From the NCBI GenBank assembly GCA_040217195.1, contig JAVJNR010000004.1:320001-384000 (forward strand): 64,000 bases of DNA, written 5' to 3'. Position 1 is the stretch's first letter. Every line of letters begins with the position of its first letter. Shown here in pieces: positions 30,527-40,623 of the stretch. Made by a program: the position numbers and the translations under genes. The DNA is from Leptospiraceae bacterium (GTDB lineage Bacteria; Spirochaetota; Leptospiria; Leptospirales; Leptonemataceae). The notes under the pieces are model-generated. The model saw only the letters and a list, made by a program, of their open reading frames with translations, made no database searches and was not told the DNA's origin.

Positions 30527-31426
30527 TCAGGGATGAAAGAACCTGGAGGGCGAGGTATGTTTTCCATCTTTTCGAATTTCAAAATGTAAATGAGGACCGG
30601 TCACTCGGCCGGTCTTTCCTACTTCGCCTATCTTCTGTCCCTGGCTGACAGAATCGCCTTTCTTAACATTCAGCTTTGAGAGATGACCGTAATAAGTTGT
30701 ATAATCGAATCGATGCTGCAGAATAATTAGATTTCCATAACCTCCGGCCGGGCCTGCATGGATTACTTTACCCGGTGCAGAGGCCAGAACAGGAGTGCCC
30801 ACTGAGGCGGCCAGGTCAATCCCACCATGAAATGATTTACGATTGTTCATTGGATCTCGACGATTTCCATAGCCACTGGAAAGCACAGCACCCGGCAATG
30901 GATGGGCAAAGCCCTGACCTCGAAAATAAAATCTTTCCTCCGGTTCAAATCGCCTGCCGGGATAAAAGCGAAATCCATTCAGTATCTTTTCGCTGCTAAG
31001 TTTTCCGGTCTTACCTTCCTGGGCTGAATCCCTGAACCGGGCCACCTCCTGCAGAGAAATGTTTCTTCTAAAGACGCCACGGGCATTTGGAATAAGAAGT
31101 ACATCGCCGGGCCCCACCGAAGCAGGATGGGCCAGCCCATTCAGGGAAGCGATGGTGTCTGGATCCTGACCGGTGCGGGTCACCACAGTAAAAAAGTTTT
31201 CATTATCCTTCAAGCGATAGAGATAAACCTGAAGAGGGAGCTGAAGTCTCTGTTCCCGGTACGAAGATTTAAGGTTGGTACGAATCTGTTGTCTCAGATT
31301 TTGCAATTCCGGTGTGGAATTATCGAGAGAGGAGATCCATCGGTCTGAATCCTGCTTACGGCCATCAACGGTGGACAGGGAAATGGCCACTAGGAGAAAG
31401 ACAAATGCCGCTGTTCTCTTCATCAT
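30527..31426 (-). CDS. LysM-M23 family peptidase
   Basis: Signal peptide, LysM-like TIASLN, HGGID, TGPHLHFE. Confidence 0.92.
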   Translation of the reverse strand: MMKRTAAFVFLLVAISLSTVDGRKQDSDRWISSLDNSTPELQNLRQQIRTNLKSSYREQRLQLPLQVYLYRLKDNENFFTVVTRTGQDPDTIASLNGLAHPASVGPGDVLLIPNARGVFRRNISLQEVARFRDSAQEGKTGKLSSEKILNGFRFYPGRRFEPEERFYFRGQGFAHPLPGAVLSSGYGNRRDPMNNRKSFHGGIDLAASVGTPVLASAPGKVIHAGPAGGYGNLIILQHRFDYTTYYGHLSKLNVKKGDSVSQGQKIGEVGKTGRVTGPHLHFEIRKDGKHTSPSRFFHP

Positions 31427-31449
31427 CTGGAGGTTATCCGGCTCCTACT

Positions 31450-32091
31450 ATGGCCTTCTTGATGGCCGGTGCCGGTCATATTCTGTATCGGCTACTATTC
31501 CTGGAGGTTGATCCCTTTCTGAAGGGCCTGGGACTACCCGACTATGTTGCAGGACCGGCCAGCGGTAGCATTTTACTCGGACTGATGATTCCATTGTTCT
31601 GGTGGATATTCAATGATTCACCCAAAAGGCTCAGAGATATTCAGGATCCATTTCGTAAGCAACGCACTGTTCCAGCCATTCTGGGAGGCGGTCTGGCCGG
31701 TCTGATTGCAGCAACCATCGTGCTGGGAATTTCACTTTTCATTGAGGGGTCGGACTCGGCTTTTCCAACACTACCGGAAATTCTGGCCATTGTGATCTGG
31801 ACTCCGGTGGTAGAAGAGCTCTATTATCGATTTATGTTGCAGGGCTATCTGATGAGATCCATTGAAAACCAGGGTCATCCGCCGATATACAGTCAGTATC
31901 TACCTCTTTGCTTCGCCACAGTATGCTTTGTCTTTTCCCACGATTATTTCATTGCTCCTGTTCTCCTGATTCCTTCACTGGCATTTGGACTGGTATTTAT
32001 TAGATGGAATGCAGCATCGGCCATGATCAGTCATGGAGTGTACAATGCTGTTTTGATTGGCGGAACCTATGTATCTAAACTCCACGGATAA
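31450..32091 (+). CDS. CPBP (Abi/CAAX) family intramembrane metalloprotease
   Basis: PVVEELYYR, FVFSH, HGVYN motifs; multiple TM helices. Start placed at ATG 31450 to avoid overlap with the divergent gene. Confidence 0.85.
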   Translation: MAFLMAGAGHILYRLLFLEVDPFLKGLGLPDYVAGPASGSILLGLMIPLFWWIFNDSPKRLRDIQDPFRKQRTVPAILGGGLAGLIAATIVLGISLFIEGSDSAFPTLPEILAIVIWTPVVEELYYRFMLQGYLMRSIENQGHPPIYSQYLPLCFATVCFVFSHDYFIAPVLLIPSLAFGLVFIRWNAASAMISHGVYNAVLIGGTYVSKLHG

Positions 32092-32818
32092 AATCCCTGG
32101 CAACTGGAACCTGAAAAAGGCTACCGGATATCTGCTACTTCCGATAGTGTGCCTGCTGGCCGCTTCGAATCTTTCTGCAGACACCTTTGGAGTCTATCAG
32201 ACTCCGCTGGAAATACAGATAGCAGAAACTAAACTGCCGGCACTGCTGGATGAGTTTCAGAAGGATGGCTACACCGAAGAAGAAGAAACCCTGGGTTTCA
32301 GCAAAGCCTGGTCGTCTGATTTCTTTTCCCCGTTCAATTACAGTATCTATACAGGCACTGTTTCAATGGAGAACAAGAGTGCATTGATTCGCCTGGAAGG
32401 GGATTCCGGTGACGTAAAGAGCATTACACGAATCCTTGAAATAAAAGGCTTCATAGATGTGCCCAGACAGGAGTACCTTCCGGAGCCTATCACACTTACA
32501 GAAAAGTCTCATTTCTATGCTCAGGGCCTGAATTTAATAGCCCCCTGGGCTGGAGTCATGTATACATCCTGGGATTCGCCCAGGTTAACTACAGGGCAAA
32601 CGTACTTTCGGGGCATTATGTACTTTCTCGTAGATTCAATGCTGATCTGGGCTGCAGGAAGAAACTGGTTTCAGGAGCCATTTGACCTTTCTAAGAATGG
32701 CGGCCAGGTAGCCGCTGTCATGATTCTTACTCGATCCATCGGTGCCTTTCAATCGGCAAACCTGGTTCGCGGACATAATCGATTCGCTCGCCTGGGCTAT
32801 ACTTTCTATCTAGAGTAA
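32069..32818 (+). CDS. Hypothetical exported or membrane protein
   Basis: About 250-aa ORF with signal-like hydrophobic N-terminus (…ASNLSA) in an operonic position. Confidence 0.75.
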   Translation: MYLNSTDKIPGNWNLKKATGYLLLPIVCLLAASNLSADTFGVYQTPLEIQIAETKLPALLDEFQKDGYTEEEETLGFSKAWSSDFFSPFNYSIYTGTVSMENKSALIRLEGDSGDVKSITRILEIKGFIDVPRQEYLPEPITLTEKSHFYAQGLNLIAPWAGVMYTSWDSPRLTTGQTYFRGIMYFLVDSMLIWAAGRNWFQEPFDLSKNGGQVAAVMILTRSIGAFQSANLVRGHNRFARLGYTFYLE

Positions 32819-33025
32819 AGCCCGCGAAAGCTCCCGCCCACCGGGAATGGAGTTCATGATACAGGCAAGTGTGGCAGGGATTTTCAGACCATATGGGAAG
32901 GATCAGAAACGTGACGATGCGATTTACTTCCGCTTGCATGGCCCGGCCATGGGCTCGACCTTTTTCTATTTATGGACCTGTAAATTTCGTGGCCCTTTCT
33001 TAGAGAGTATCACTGGAGCGAACAA

Positions 33026-33532
33026 TTGCAGAGGATTCAGGACAGCTACTGGTTCTACCTATCCATAAGCGCTTTATTGCATCTGTTTGTGGGCATTGCC
33101 TTTCTGGGGAATCCCTCTGGAAACTCGGTAACGGAGAGTCTGGTCCAATCCAACCGCGGCTTTTCCATGGCCTTTCAGGGCACAAGCGAAACGAAAGGTC
33201 CGGAACAAAATACAGATGGCAGCGGGCCATCCAGTGACTTAGCCCGGGCTGGCTCCAACAACCAGGGTATGCTTGCAAAGAGCATAGGTCAGCTTCAACA
33301 ATCCATCCCCTATCCACAGCTGGCCTACAGTCAGGAAATCCAGGGTACAGTGCTGGCCCATGTAAGTATCAAAGAAGGCAAGCTTGTGGAGCTCAGTCTT
33401 CAGCGAAGTTCAGGCTATGACATTCTGGACCAGCAGGTCATTCAAAGCATACGTAATTGGCAGTGGCCTCCTGTAACCGCCTCACGAAGCTTTTCTGTAA
33501 GCTTCCGAATTGGTCCCCCTGCAATCGAATAG
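33026..33532 (+). CDS. Short TonB-family energy transducer
   Basis: TM anchor with SALLH, YPQLA..QEIQGTV, SSGYDILDQQV; GGAG upstream of TTG. Confidence 0.8.
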   Translation: MQRIQDSYWFYLSISALLHLFVGIAFLGNPSGNSVTESLVQSNRGFSMAFQGTSETKGPEQNTDGSGPSSDLARAGSNNQGMLAKSIGQLQQSIPYPQLAYSQEIQGTVLAHVSIKEGKLVELSLQRSSGYDILDQQVIQSIRNWQWPPVTASRSFSVSFRIGPPAIE

Positions 33533-33543
33533 AGAGCTTCCTC

Positions 33544-34257
33544 TTGATACCAGAATCGAAACAGCCTGAAATACTTTATGAAGATAATCATATCCTGGTT
33601 GCACTAAAGCCACCGGGATTACTTAGCCAGGCGGATATTACCGGTGATTCAGATATTCTTACAAATCTGAAAGAGTACATCCGCCAGAGCCGAAACAAAC
33701 CTGGAAATGTCTATATGGGCCTATTACACAGGCTGGATCGTTCCACCGGCGGGATCATGGTTTTTGCACTTACCTCCAAAGCGGCTGGAAGACTTTCCGA
33801 AGATTTTCGTAAGTCAAAAGTGATCAAGAAATACCTGGCCATGGCCCCATTTACCGTCAGAAAGTGCAGCGAATTGCTGGGTGGTTTCACAGGTGAACTC
33901 AAAGATATCTACAGAAAAGATGAGTCCAGACGGATGGCCGTTTCCTGTTCGGCGGACCATCCACAGGCCAAGCAGGCCCGGCTCAAGTACACAATACGCC
34001 AGGATCTCAGTACAGCCAGCCATACAGTGTTCGAGATCGAGTTACTTACCGGAAGATTCCATCAAATCCGCTATCAATTGAGCAGTCGTGGACTGCCCCT
34101 GGCGGGCGAGGCCAGATACTCCAATCAGGGCTTATCCGAGTTTCGCCTTGCGCTCTGGGCTTACTATCTGGAGTTCGATCATCCTGTGGGCACGGAGGTT
34201 CGCAGAATGAAATTTGAGCGGCTGCCTTCCGAGCAATGGTGGAAGGATCGAATGTAG
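33544..34257 (+). CDS. RluA-family pseudouridine synthase (no S4 domain)
   Basis: YED..KPPG, HRLDRSTGG catalytic Asp, TGRFHQIR. Start uncertain (TTG 33544). Confidence 0.9.
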   Translation: MIPESKQPEILYEDNHILVALKPPGLLSQADITGDSDILTNLKEYIRQSRNKPGNVYMGLLHRLDRSTGGIMVFALTSKAAGRLSEDFRKSKVIKKYLAMAPFTVRKCSELLGGFTGELKDIYRKDESRRMAVSCSADHPQAKQARLKYTIRQDLSTASHTVFEIELLTGRFHQIRYQLSSRGLPLAGEARYSNQGLSEFRLALWAYYLEFDHPVGTEVRRMKFERLPSEQWWKDRM

Positions 34258-34314
34258 AGCCAGAAGCATTGACATGCAGAAGAGAAGCAGAGAATTCTGC
34301 GGTGTATAAACAAT

Positions 34315-34346
34315 AAAAAAGCCCGCTCAGTGTATCGGGCGGGCTT
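34315..34346 (-). terminator. Intrinsic terminator after the acyl-CoA dehydrogenase
   Basis: Minus strand AAGCCCGC-ccgatacactga-GCGGGCTT followed by a T-run. Confidence 0.75.
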
Positions 34347-34413
34347 CAGAAGGACCGACTAAAACAGTCGGCGCCTTTCTATTTTCTATTCTATAGGTCA
34401 GAAGATCTTTCGA

Positions 34414-35589
34414 TTATCTACGAGAAGCGGCTTCTTTAACCAGACCAGCTGCAATTTCATTTTTCTGAATCTGGCTGGTTCCTTCATAGATCTGCAGAAT
34501 CTTTGCATCGCGGAAGAATTTTTCTGCAGGATATTCTTTTACGTAACCATATCCACCGTGGATTTGAACTCCATCCGTGGCCACTTTCATGGCTGTGTCT
34601 GCAGCAAAGCATTTAGCCATGGCAGAGAACTTGGCAGTGTCCTTATGACCGATTTCTGCCAGTTGAGCCGATTTATAGGTCAGTAGACGAGACGCTTCAA
34701 TGCCCATTGCCATATCGGCCAGCATATGCTGAATCGCCTGGAAGGTAGCAATCTTTACGCCGAACTGCTCTCTTTCTCGAGCATACTGAATGGCAGCTTC
34801 GTAAGCGCCCTGAGCGCAACCTACAGCGCTGGCAGCAACAGCGGGTCGCGATAGGTTCAGAGTTTTCAGTGCATGCAGAAATCCATTGTTTTCCCGTCCG
34901 CCTACAATGTTTTCCGCAGGGACTTCGCAGTCTTCGAAGATCAACTGACGAGTTTCAGAGCATCGGATTCCCAGTTTGTCCTCTTTCTTTCCGAAAGAAA
35001 ATCCTGGAGTATCCTTTTCTACAATAAAGCAGCTGATTCCACGAGGGCCGCGGTTCTTATCCGTAAGTGCGAATACTGTATAAACATCTGCCTGACCCGC
35101 ACCGGAAATCCATTGCTTGGTTCCATTCAGAATAAATTTATCGCCTTTCTTAACAGCGGTGGTGCTCAGGGCAGGAACATCCGAACCCGCCCCTGGTTCT
35201 GTAAGACCGAATGCTGCGATCATCTCCCCGGCAGCAAGCTTGGTCAGATATTTCTCTTTTTGCTCTTGCGTGGCTCCAACTTCAATTGGGAGAGAGCCCA
35301 GTTTGGTTGCCAGAAATGCAGTACCAACACCGAGACAGCCACGGGCAATTTCTTCAGCCAGGATGATGTTTCCCATCATTCCCATACCCATTCCGCCGAA
35401 TTCTTCTTCGTACATGGCCTGGAACAGACCAGCTTCCTTGAATTTTTCCAGTACCTTATGTGGGTACTCATTCTTCTCATCCAGTTCCATACGAACGGGA
35501 ACTACTTCATTTTTAACAACATCGCGCACCAGGTCGCGTAGCATAGCCTGGTCTTCGGTCAGGCCAATGGAGATTTGAGGTTCAGACAT
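34414..35589 (-). CDS. Acyl-CoA dehydrogenase
   Basis: FGLTEPGAGSD, NGTKQWIS, REQFG, QIHGGYGY, IYEGTSQIQ. Confidence 0.97.
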   Translation of the reverse strand: MSEPQISIGLTEDQAMLRDLVRDVVKNEVVPVRMELDEKNEYPHKVLEKFKEAGLFQAMYEEEFGGMGMGMMGNIILAEEIARGCLGVGTAFLATKLGSLPIEVGATQEQKEKYLTKLAAGEMIAAFGLTEPGAGSDVPALSTTAVKKGDKFILNGTKQWISGAGQADVYTVFALTDKNRGPRGISCFIVEKDTPGFSFGKKEDKLGIRCSETRQLIFEDCEVPAENIVGGRENNGFLHALKTLNLSRPAVAASAVGCAQGAYEAAIQYAREREQFGVKIATFQAIQHMLADMAMGIEASRLLTYKSAQLAEIGHKDTAKFSAMAKCFAADTAMKVATDGVQIHGGYGYVKEYPAEKFFRDAKILQIYEGTSQIQKNEIAAGLVKEAASRR

Positions 35590-35704
35590 GGATCACACCT
35601 TCGTTCAGAGTTACCGACCAAAAATAGACGAGGCAGGTTGGGGACAAGAAAAAACGGTGACAGAGTAGCTGAGGCCAATTCAGGCCCGGAAAACCGGGTC
35701 TCCC

Positions 35705-37018
35705 CTATTCTTCCGGGGTCGGCTCCAGACGCCGAACACGGAATTGCACCATCTTCTGGCGGACTCTTTTAACCAGCTCAAATGAGAGGTTACCGGAAAC
35801 GATTTTTTCTCCTACTTCCGGGAATCGTCCAATCTGTTCGATGACGAAACCAGCCACACTGGTATAGGAATCTGCCTCAGGAACGCCTTCCTGCATGAAT
35901 TCATTGAAATCAGAGATTCCACAGGAGCCGCTTACCAGAAAGCTTCCATCTGGAAGAGGCATGAATTCATCTTCATCGGGAATCTCAGTAACATCCTGGA
36001 TTTCGCCAACAATCTCTTCCAGAATATCTTCCATGGTAAGAAGTCCGGCGGTACCTCCGTATTCATCTACCACAATGGCCATATGAGTCTTCCGCTTTTG
36101 CATTTCCTGCAGAATCTTTCCGATCTTCATGCTTTCTGGCACAAAGTATGCGGGCCTGGCCAGTCTGGACAATTGGTACACTTCCTGGCGGGCAAGACAG
36201 CGCATCAAATCCTTCATATGCAGAATACCGATGATATTGTCCAATCCCTCACCGAATACTGGCAGTCGGCTGTACAGTGAATCCACAGCTTTGCGAACTT
36301 CATCCTCTCCGGCATCCACACTGATCGCTTTGATATCTACCCTGGGAACCATCACCTCACGAGCGGCGGTGTCGTTGATCTCCAGGACATTCTCGATAAT
36401 TTCATGCTCTGAATGGGCGATGGTGCCGTGACGAACTCCTTCCTCCAGGAGATGCTTGATCTCTTCTGCCAGAAGTCTGGTCTCACTGAAGCTTGTACGA
36501 TCCTTGAAGGGACGTAGTAGAAGGTTACTGGAAAAGGTCAGAAAGCGAGTAAACCAGTAAACAAACCGGTTGAATACCTGCAAGGGATAGGCCACCATCA
36601 TGGCAACTCGTTCGGAGTAGTTCAATGCCAGGGACTTGGGAACCAGTTCACCCACTACCAGGCTCAAGTAGGTAATGCAGAATACAACTATGACAAAGGA
36701 TATTTGCTCTGAGAAATTCTGAATCAACGGATACGGGATCTGGCTGATGAGCGGCTCCAGTTTTTCTTTGAAGCTGGAACCACCGAATACACCGACAATG
36801 GCTCCTACAAGAGTGACACCTACTTGAACTGTGGCAAATAATCGGTCTGGATCGCCCTGCAGTCTGGAAATGATTTTGGCCCTTGCATTGCCTTCTTCCA
36901 TAAGCGCCTTGACCCTTCCTTTTCGGATGGATATGAGCGCTATCTCTGCGGCGGCAAAGAAACCGTTAATTAAGATCAAAATCAGAATTATGAGAAAGTC
37001 GAGGGTGGTATTGCCCAT
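35705..37018 (-). CDS. Hemolysin-family CNNM(DUF21)-CBS-CorC protein
   Basis: NGFFAAAEIA, GELVPKSLA, EVMVPR, VVDEYGGTAGLLTMEDILEEIVGEI. Confidence 0.95.
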   Translation of the reverse strand: MGNTTLDFLIILILILINGFFAAAEIALISIRKGRVKALMEEGNARAKIISRLQGDPDRLFATVQVGVTLVGAIVGVFGGSSFKEKLEPLISQIPYPLIQNFSEQISFVIVVFCITYLSLVVGELVPKSLALNYSERVAMMVAYPLQVFNRFVYWFTRFLTFSSNLLLRPFKDRTSFSETRLLAEEIKHLLEEGVRHGTIAHSEHEIIENVLEINDTAAREVMVPRVDIKAISVDAGEDEVRKAVDSLYSRLPVFGEGLDNIIGILHMKDLMRCLARQEVYQLSRLARPAYFVPESMKIGKILQEMQKRKTHMAIVVDEYGGTAGLLTMEDILEEIVGEIQDVTEIPDEDEFMPLPDGSFLVSGSCGISDFNEFMQEGVPEADSYTSVAGFVIEQIGRFPEVGEKIVSGNLSFELVKRVRQKMVQFRVRRLEPTPEE

Positions 37019-37388
37019 GGGCTGGTATTACAGAACCTCCTGGCCGGCTAACCGAACCGAGAAATGGACTGACCACTTCTGTGTAGAAGCAATCAGGCGC
37101 ACTATGGCGCACATTAAATAATTGATACTGATGGATTTGGCGCGGCGAAAGCACGCCGATAGAGGGTCTCCGGATTCCGAAGATTCGCTATTAGCTATTT
37201 CGCTGTGTGAATGGTTGTTCATTCCCGAAAAATGTCCCGCTGAATGAAAATATGCGAGACGTGTGGTGCCCGGGTGAAAAATGCAACTTGAAGGCTCCCC
37301 GGACTTCGTGTTAAATAAAAAGCGTAGCTGGCTCACGCTGTATATCTTTTTTTTCCAGGGATAGTCCGAATTTTTCCTGAAGCAAAGC

Positions 37389-38147
37389 ATGATCCATATT
37401 AAGAATAGCAAAGAAATTCAAAAGATGCGCGATGCAGGTCGCCTGGCTGCAGAAGTTCTGCATGAGACAGGCCTCCGCGTGAAACCCGGAGTGTCTACAC
37501 TTGAACTGAATGACTTCGCCGAGAGTTATACAAGAAAGCATGGTGCCATTAGCGCCCCTCTAAATTACAAGGGATTTCCCAAAAGTATATGCACATCTAT
37601 TAATAATGTTGTGTGTCATGGAATTCCAAGCGCGCAGGACATCCTAAAAGATGGCGACATAATGAACATAGATGTGACTGTGATCTATCATGAGTATCAT
37701 GGGGATACATCCAGAATGTTCACAGTGGGAGACGTTACTCCAGAAGCCCGTAAGCTGATTGAGGACACGGAAGAGGCAATGTGGGTGGGGATTCGCACTG
37801 TTAAGCCCAACAACCGAATCAGTGATATTGGAGAAGCCATTGATCAGTATCTGAGCCCCCGGGGCTATGGTATTGTTCGGGATCTAACAGGCCACGGAAT
37901 TGGCCGAAATTTTCATGAGGATCCGCCGGTGCCCCATTATCGCCAGAATCAGATACGGCAGCGGATGCAGCCTGGAATGACCTTCACAGTGGAGCCCATG
38001 GTCAACCAGGGCACCTGGAAAGTGAATTTCAGCAAAGAAGATGGCTGGACCGTGACTACCGTTGATGGCGCACTTTCTGCTCAATTTGAGCATTCAGTGC
38101 TGGTTACAGACGACGGATACGAAATCTTAACCCGGATGGAGAACTGA
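37389..38147 (+). CDS. map: Type I methionine aminopeptidase
   Basis: CTSINNVVCHGIP, DVT..YHGDT, GHGIGRNFHE, EPM, AQFEHS. Confidence 0.97.
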   Translation: MIHIKNSKEIQKMRDAGRLAAEVLHETGLRVKPGVSTLELNDFAESYTRKHGAISAPLNYKGFPKSICTSINNVVCHGIPSAQDILKDGDIMNIDVTVIYHEYHGDTSRMFTVGDVTPEARKLIEDTEEAMWVGIRTVKPNNRISDIGEAIDQYLSPRGYGIVRDLTGHGIGRNFHEDPPVPHYRQNQIRQRMQPGMTFTVEPMVNQGTWKVNFSKEDGWTVTTVDGALSAQFEHSVLVTDDGYEILTRMEN

Positions 38148-38149
38148 AG

Positions 38150-38701
38150 TTGCATTTGCACCGGCGGGCATCCTCCGCAATCTGTCTGATCCTGATTCTG
38201 CTGACTGCCGGCAGTAGCTGTCGTACCGGATCACTCTTCAGCTACGAAGAAAGCATGCGCTCCGTGGCGCTCACCGATTACGGCATTGTTTTTCGCATTC
38301 CGGGGGACTGGGACGTAAGTCTTAGCCGGGACCGATATTTCCAATTTGTGGCCGTCTACAGGGAAGACTCCTCCCCTCTGGGGCTCATGGAATACCGGGG
38401 TCTGGATACTGAGCCCAGAGACCAGCGGTCCAGAGATCTGTATGCAAGTGGATGGTACGATGCCATGCGCTTGAACTATCCCGGCTGGAAATATGTAGAT
38501 AGAAACAAGGATACTGAGTCCCGGTCCTTTACATTTGAAGGAAGCTACCTGGAAGGTACCACCCGCTATATCAAAATTGGAAAGCTTCGGTTCCGGGACC
38601 GCAGAATCCATGCAGTTTACTACACAGCTCCGGAAGATGAGATCGATCGATACAGAGAAATCTTTGAAGCGGTTGATCGGCTAATTGAGTACAACGATTA
38701 G
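38150..38701 (+). CDS. Hypothetical lipoprotein
   Basis: Hydrophobic signal ending SSC; starts 2 nt after map. Confidence 0.7.
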   Translation: MHLHRRASSAICLILILLTAGSSCRTGSLFSYEESMRSVALTDYGIVFRIPGDWDVSLSRDRYFQFVAVYREDSSPLGLMEYRGLDTEPRDQRSRDLYASGWYDAMRLNYPGWKYVDRNKDTESRSFTFEGSYLEGTTRYIKIGKLRFRDRRIHAVYYTAPEDEIDRYREIFEAVDRLIEYND

Positions 38702-38878
38702 ATTTCAGGCTGGCCAGGAGCTTTCAGCAATGTGCGCCCGGAATTCAAGCAGAGCAAGCTCCTTGCCTGCAATTAATTCAGAGCCTGCGCAACTGGTTCA
38801 AGACCGAAATTCCGTATACCCGGGCCCCCTTCTGCTTTAAATGATTGCCAGCAGACCGGATTTCTGGAATTTGAAGTT

Positions 38879-39313
38879 GTGGCATCCGCTCCAGGGATGC
38901 TCAATAGAACGATGCTGGCGATTATAAACTATATAGTTATTGGAACCGGCTTACTGCTGGCCTGCTGGGGATTGTTCCATCAGCTTATCGTAGGCGGCGC
39001 CGTGGCAATGCTGGGCAATCCAGATGAAAAGGAAGCCCGGATTGTAATCATGGCCTGGGTTGCCCAGGGTGCATTCATGACTTTCTGTGGTTTGCTGCCA
39101 TTCATCTTCTTTGTCCTGTACGGGCTCGAGCATCCGGCGTATCTCACTGCTACTCTGCTTGCTGGACTTGCCATGTCTATCCTTGCAGCTCATGTTGCCA
39201 TCGTAGGATTTGCCACTCTGGTGCGGCCGGTGCAGATCGGGGCTGCCCTGGAGGCACTGTTTGGTATCCTGGTAATAGCAAAGAGCCTTCTGGCCGCCTT
39301 CCTACCAGGTTAA
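38879..39313 (+). CDS. Hypothetical 4-TM membrane protein
   Basis: Four hydrophobic helices; start uncertain. Confidence 0.7.
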   Translation: MASAPGMLNRTMLAIINYIVIGTGLLLACWGLFHQLIVGGAVAMLGNPDEKEARIVIMAWVAQGAFMTFCGLLPFIFFVLYGLEHPAYLTATLLAGLAMSILAAHVAIVGFATLVRPVQIGAALEALFGILVIAKSLLAAFLPG

Positions 39314-39385
39314 AAAATCCTGTCCGCCCCTCCGGACTCCTCCATAATTGAACTAAATCATAAGCATACATTCGGAGGATTGAAA

Positions 39386-39652
39386 ATGGAAAAGGGACCA
39401 AAGATTGTTGCAATCGTATTCATTGTACTGGGAGTGCTGGGCTTCGGGCTCTCCACCGGTTTTTTCTCAAACTTCTCAGAAACAGCTCTGGTCGGTGGTG
39501 CATTCGGAATCATTTCCGGAATTGCTGGAGCATTTGGAGCCTTCGTGGGAAATCCTTCCACCGGGAAATCCATCCTGTTTGCACTTCTATTTTCCATTCT
39601 GGCAAACGTAATCCTGATTACTTTCTTTCAAGTGATCTGGCCCATGCTATAG
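39386..39652 (+). CDS. Small Gly-rich 3-TM membrane protein
   Basis: GGAGG RBS before ATG 39386; three hydrophobic helices. Confidence 0.75.
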   Translation: MEKGPKIVAIVFIVLGVLGFGLSTGFFSNFSETALVGGAFGIISGIAGAFGAFVGNPSTGKSILFALLFSILANVILITFFQVIWPML

Positions 39653-39671
39653 ATCGAAGGAAACAATCCGA

Positions 39672-40466
39672 ATGCCACTCCACAGAATTTCCAGGTATGT
39701 ATCTTTTGTTCTACTGCTGGCTTTTCTGTGGTTACCCGGAATCCATCTGGATGCATTCGCAGGGGCTGGTCCTGAGACTCACTTTTCAATCACACGTCAG
39801 GCATTGAAGGATTTCGCAGCCGACAGGAACATTTCCATCAGTCCTTTTTGCGGCGATATGATTCGGCAATTTTCGGTTATCAGCGATTCCGGTGGATACG
39901 CCAATGATTTCACGCTTCACTGTGATAATGACAGGCTTGCAGATTGTGCGTACAGACTGGATGAGTTAAAGTTTCAGGCCGTTCATGCTGTGGAAACCAC
40001 ATCCAGTATGCGAAACATGGGCATGGCCCTGCACCTGATCCAGGACTTCTACGCTCATTCCAACTGGGTGGAGAATGCACAGTTTACAATGCTTCTGGCT
40101 CCTCTGGAAGCATTCAGCTGGCTACCTGCACCGGCCAACCTGCAGACAGGCCTGTATCCTGAGTATGTTAGCCCTCCAGCACTTCAACTAGATTGTTTTC
40201 TATTTCCAGTGGAGGACTGGGGACAGAGAATTCACGGTGCCACACATGGATGCCTGAATAAAGATAGCGAAAGACAGTTTCGCGGAATTACGGTGGTACC
40301 GGGAAGCCCGGGGATAACCTACCATCGCCTGGCCGCCGAGTATGCAAAATTGCACAGCGTGGAATTCCTGAATGAAATGGCTCGATCCAATCCCTGGTTT
40401 AGAATGTGCTTTCGCCCGCCCTCTGTGGGCGGCGTGGATTGCTCCGGCGGAATTTTGAATCTTTGA
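39672..40466 (+). CDS. Secreted Het-C/VWA7-N-like protein (Zn phospholipase C / P1 nuclease fold)
   Basis: Signal peptide; HFSIT, LHCDND, LHLIQDFYAHSNW, LNKD motifs. Confidence 0.7.
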   Translation: MPLHRISRYVSFVLLLAFLWLPGIHLDAFAGAGPETHFSITRQALKDFAADRNISISPFCGDMIRQFSVISDSGGYANDFTLHCDNDRLADCAYRLDELKFQAVHAVETTSSMRNMGMALHLIQDFYAHSNWVENAQFTMLLAPLEAFSWLPAPANLQTGLYPEYVSPPALQLDCFLFPVEDWGQRIHGATHGCLNKDSERQFRGITVVPGSPGITYHRLAAEYAKLHSVEFLNEMARSNPWFRMCFRPPSVGGVDCSGGILNL

Positions 40467-40623
40467 ACTATCTTGTCCGATAGAATTTCGAACTCTGCTA
40501 GAACGCAGATCCGAAAAACAATGCCAGCAGGACCTTCCAGGGCTGGAGTTCCATGGCCTTTCTGTGATTCATCGAAGGCCCTATTATTCCAGATTCAAAG
40601 ACAATGGCCACAAACTTACTGGA

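Noticed and set aside
32847..33068. 73-aa ORF upstream of the short TonB gene
   Set aside because: No RBS or recognisable features, and it overlaps the TonB start.
34873..35578. Long antisense ORFs over the acyl-CoA dehydrogenase, and similar ones over hemA, hemC and the MDR gene
   Set aside because: Shadow frames of conserved genes with no motifs or RBS.
37028..37411. 127-aa minus-strand ORF or 6S RNA in the region upstream of map
   Set aside because: The ORF overlaps the map start and does not look protein-like, and I could not build a 6S-like long hairpin.
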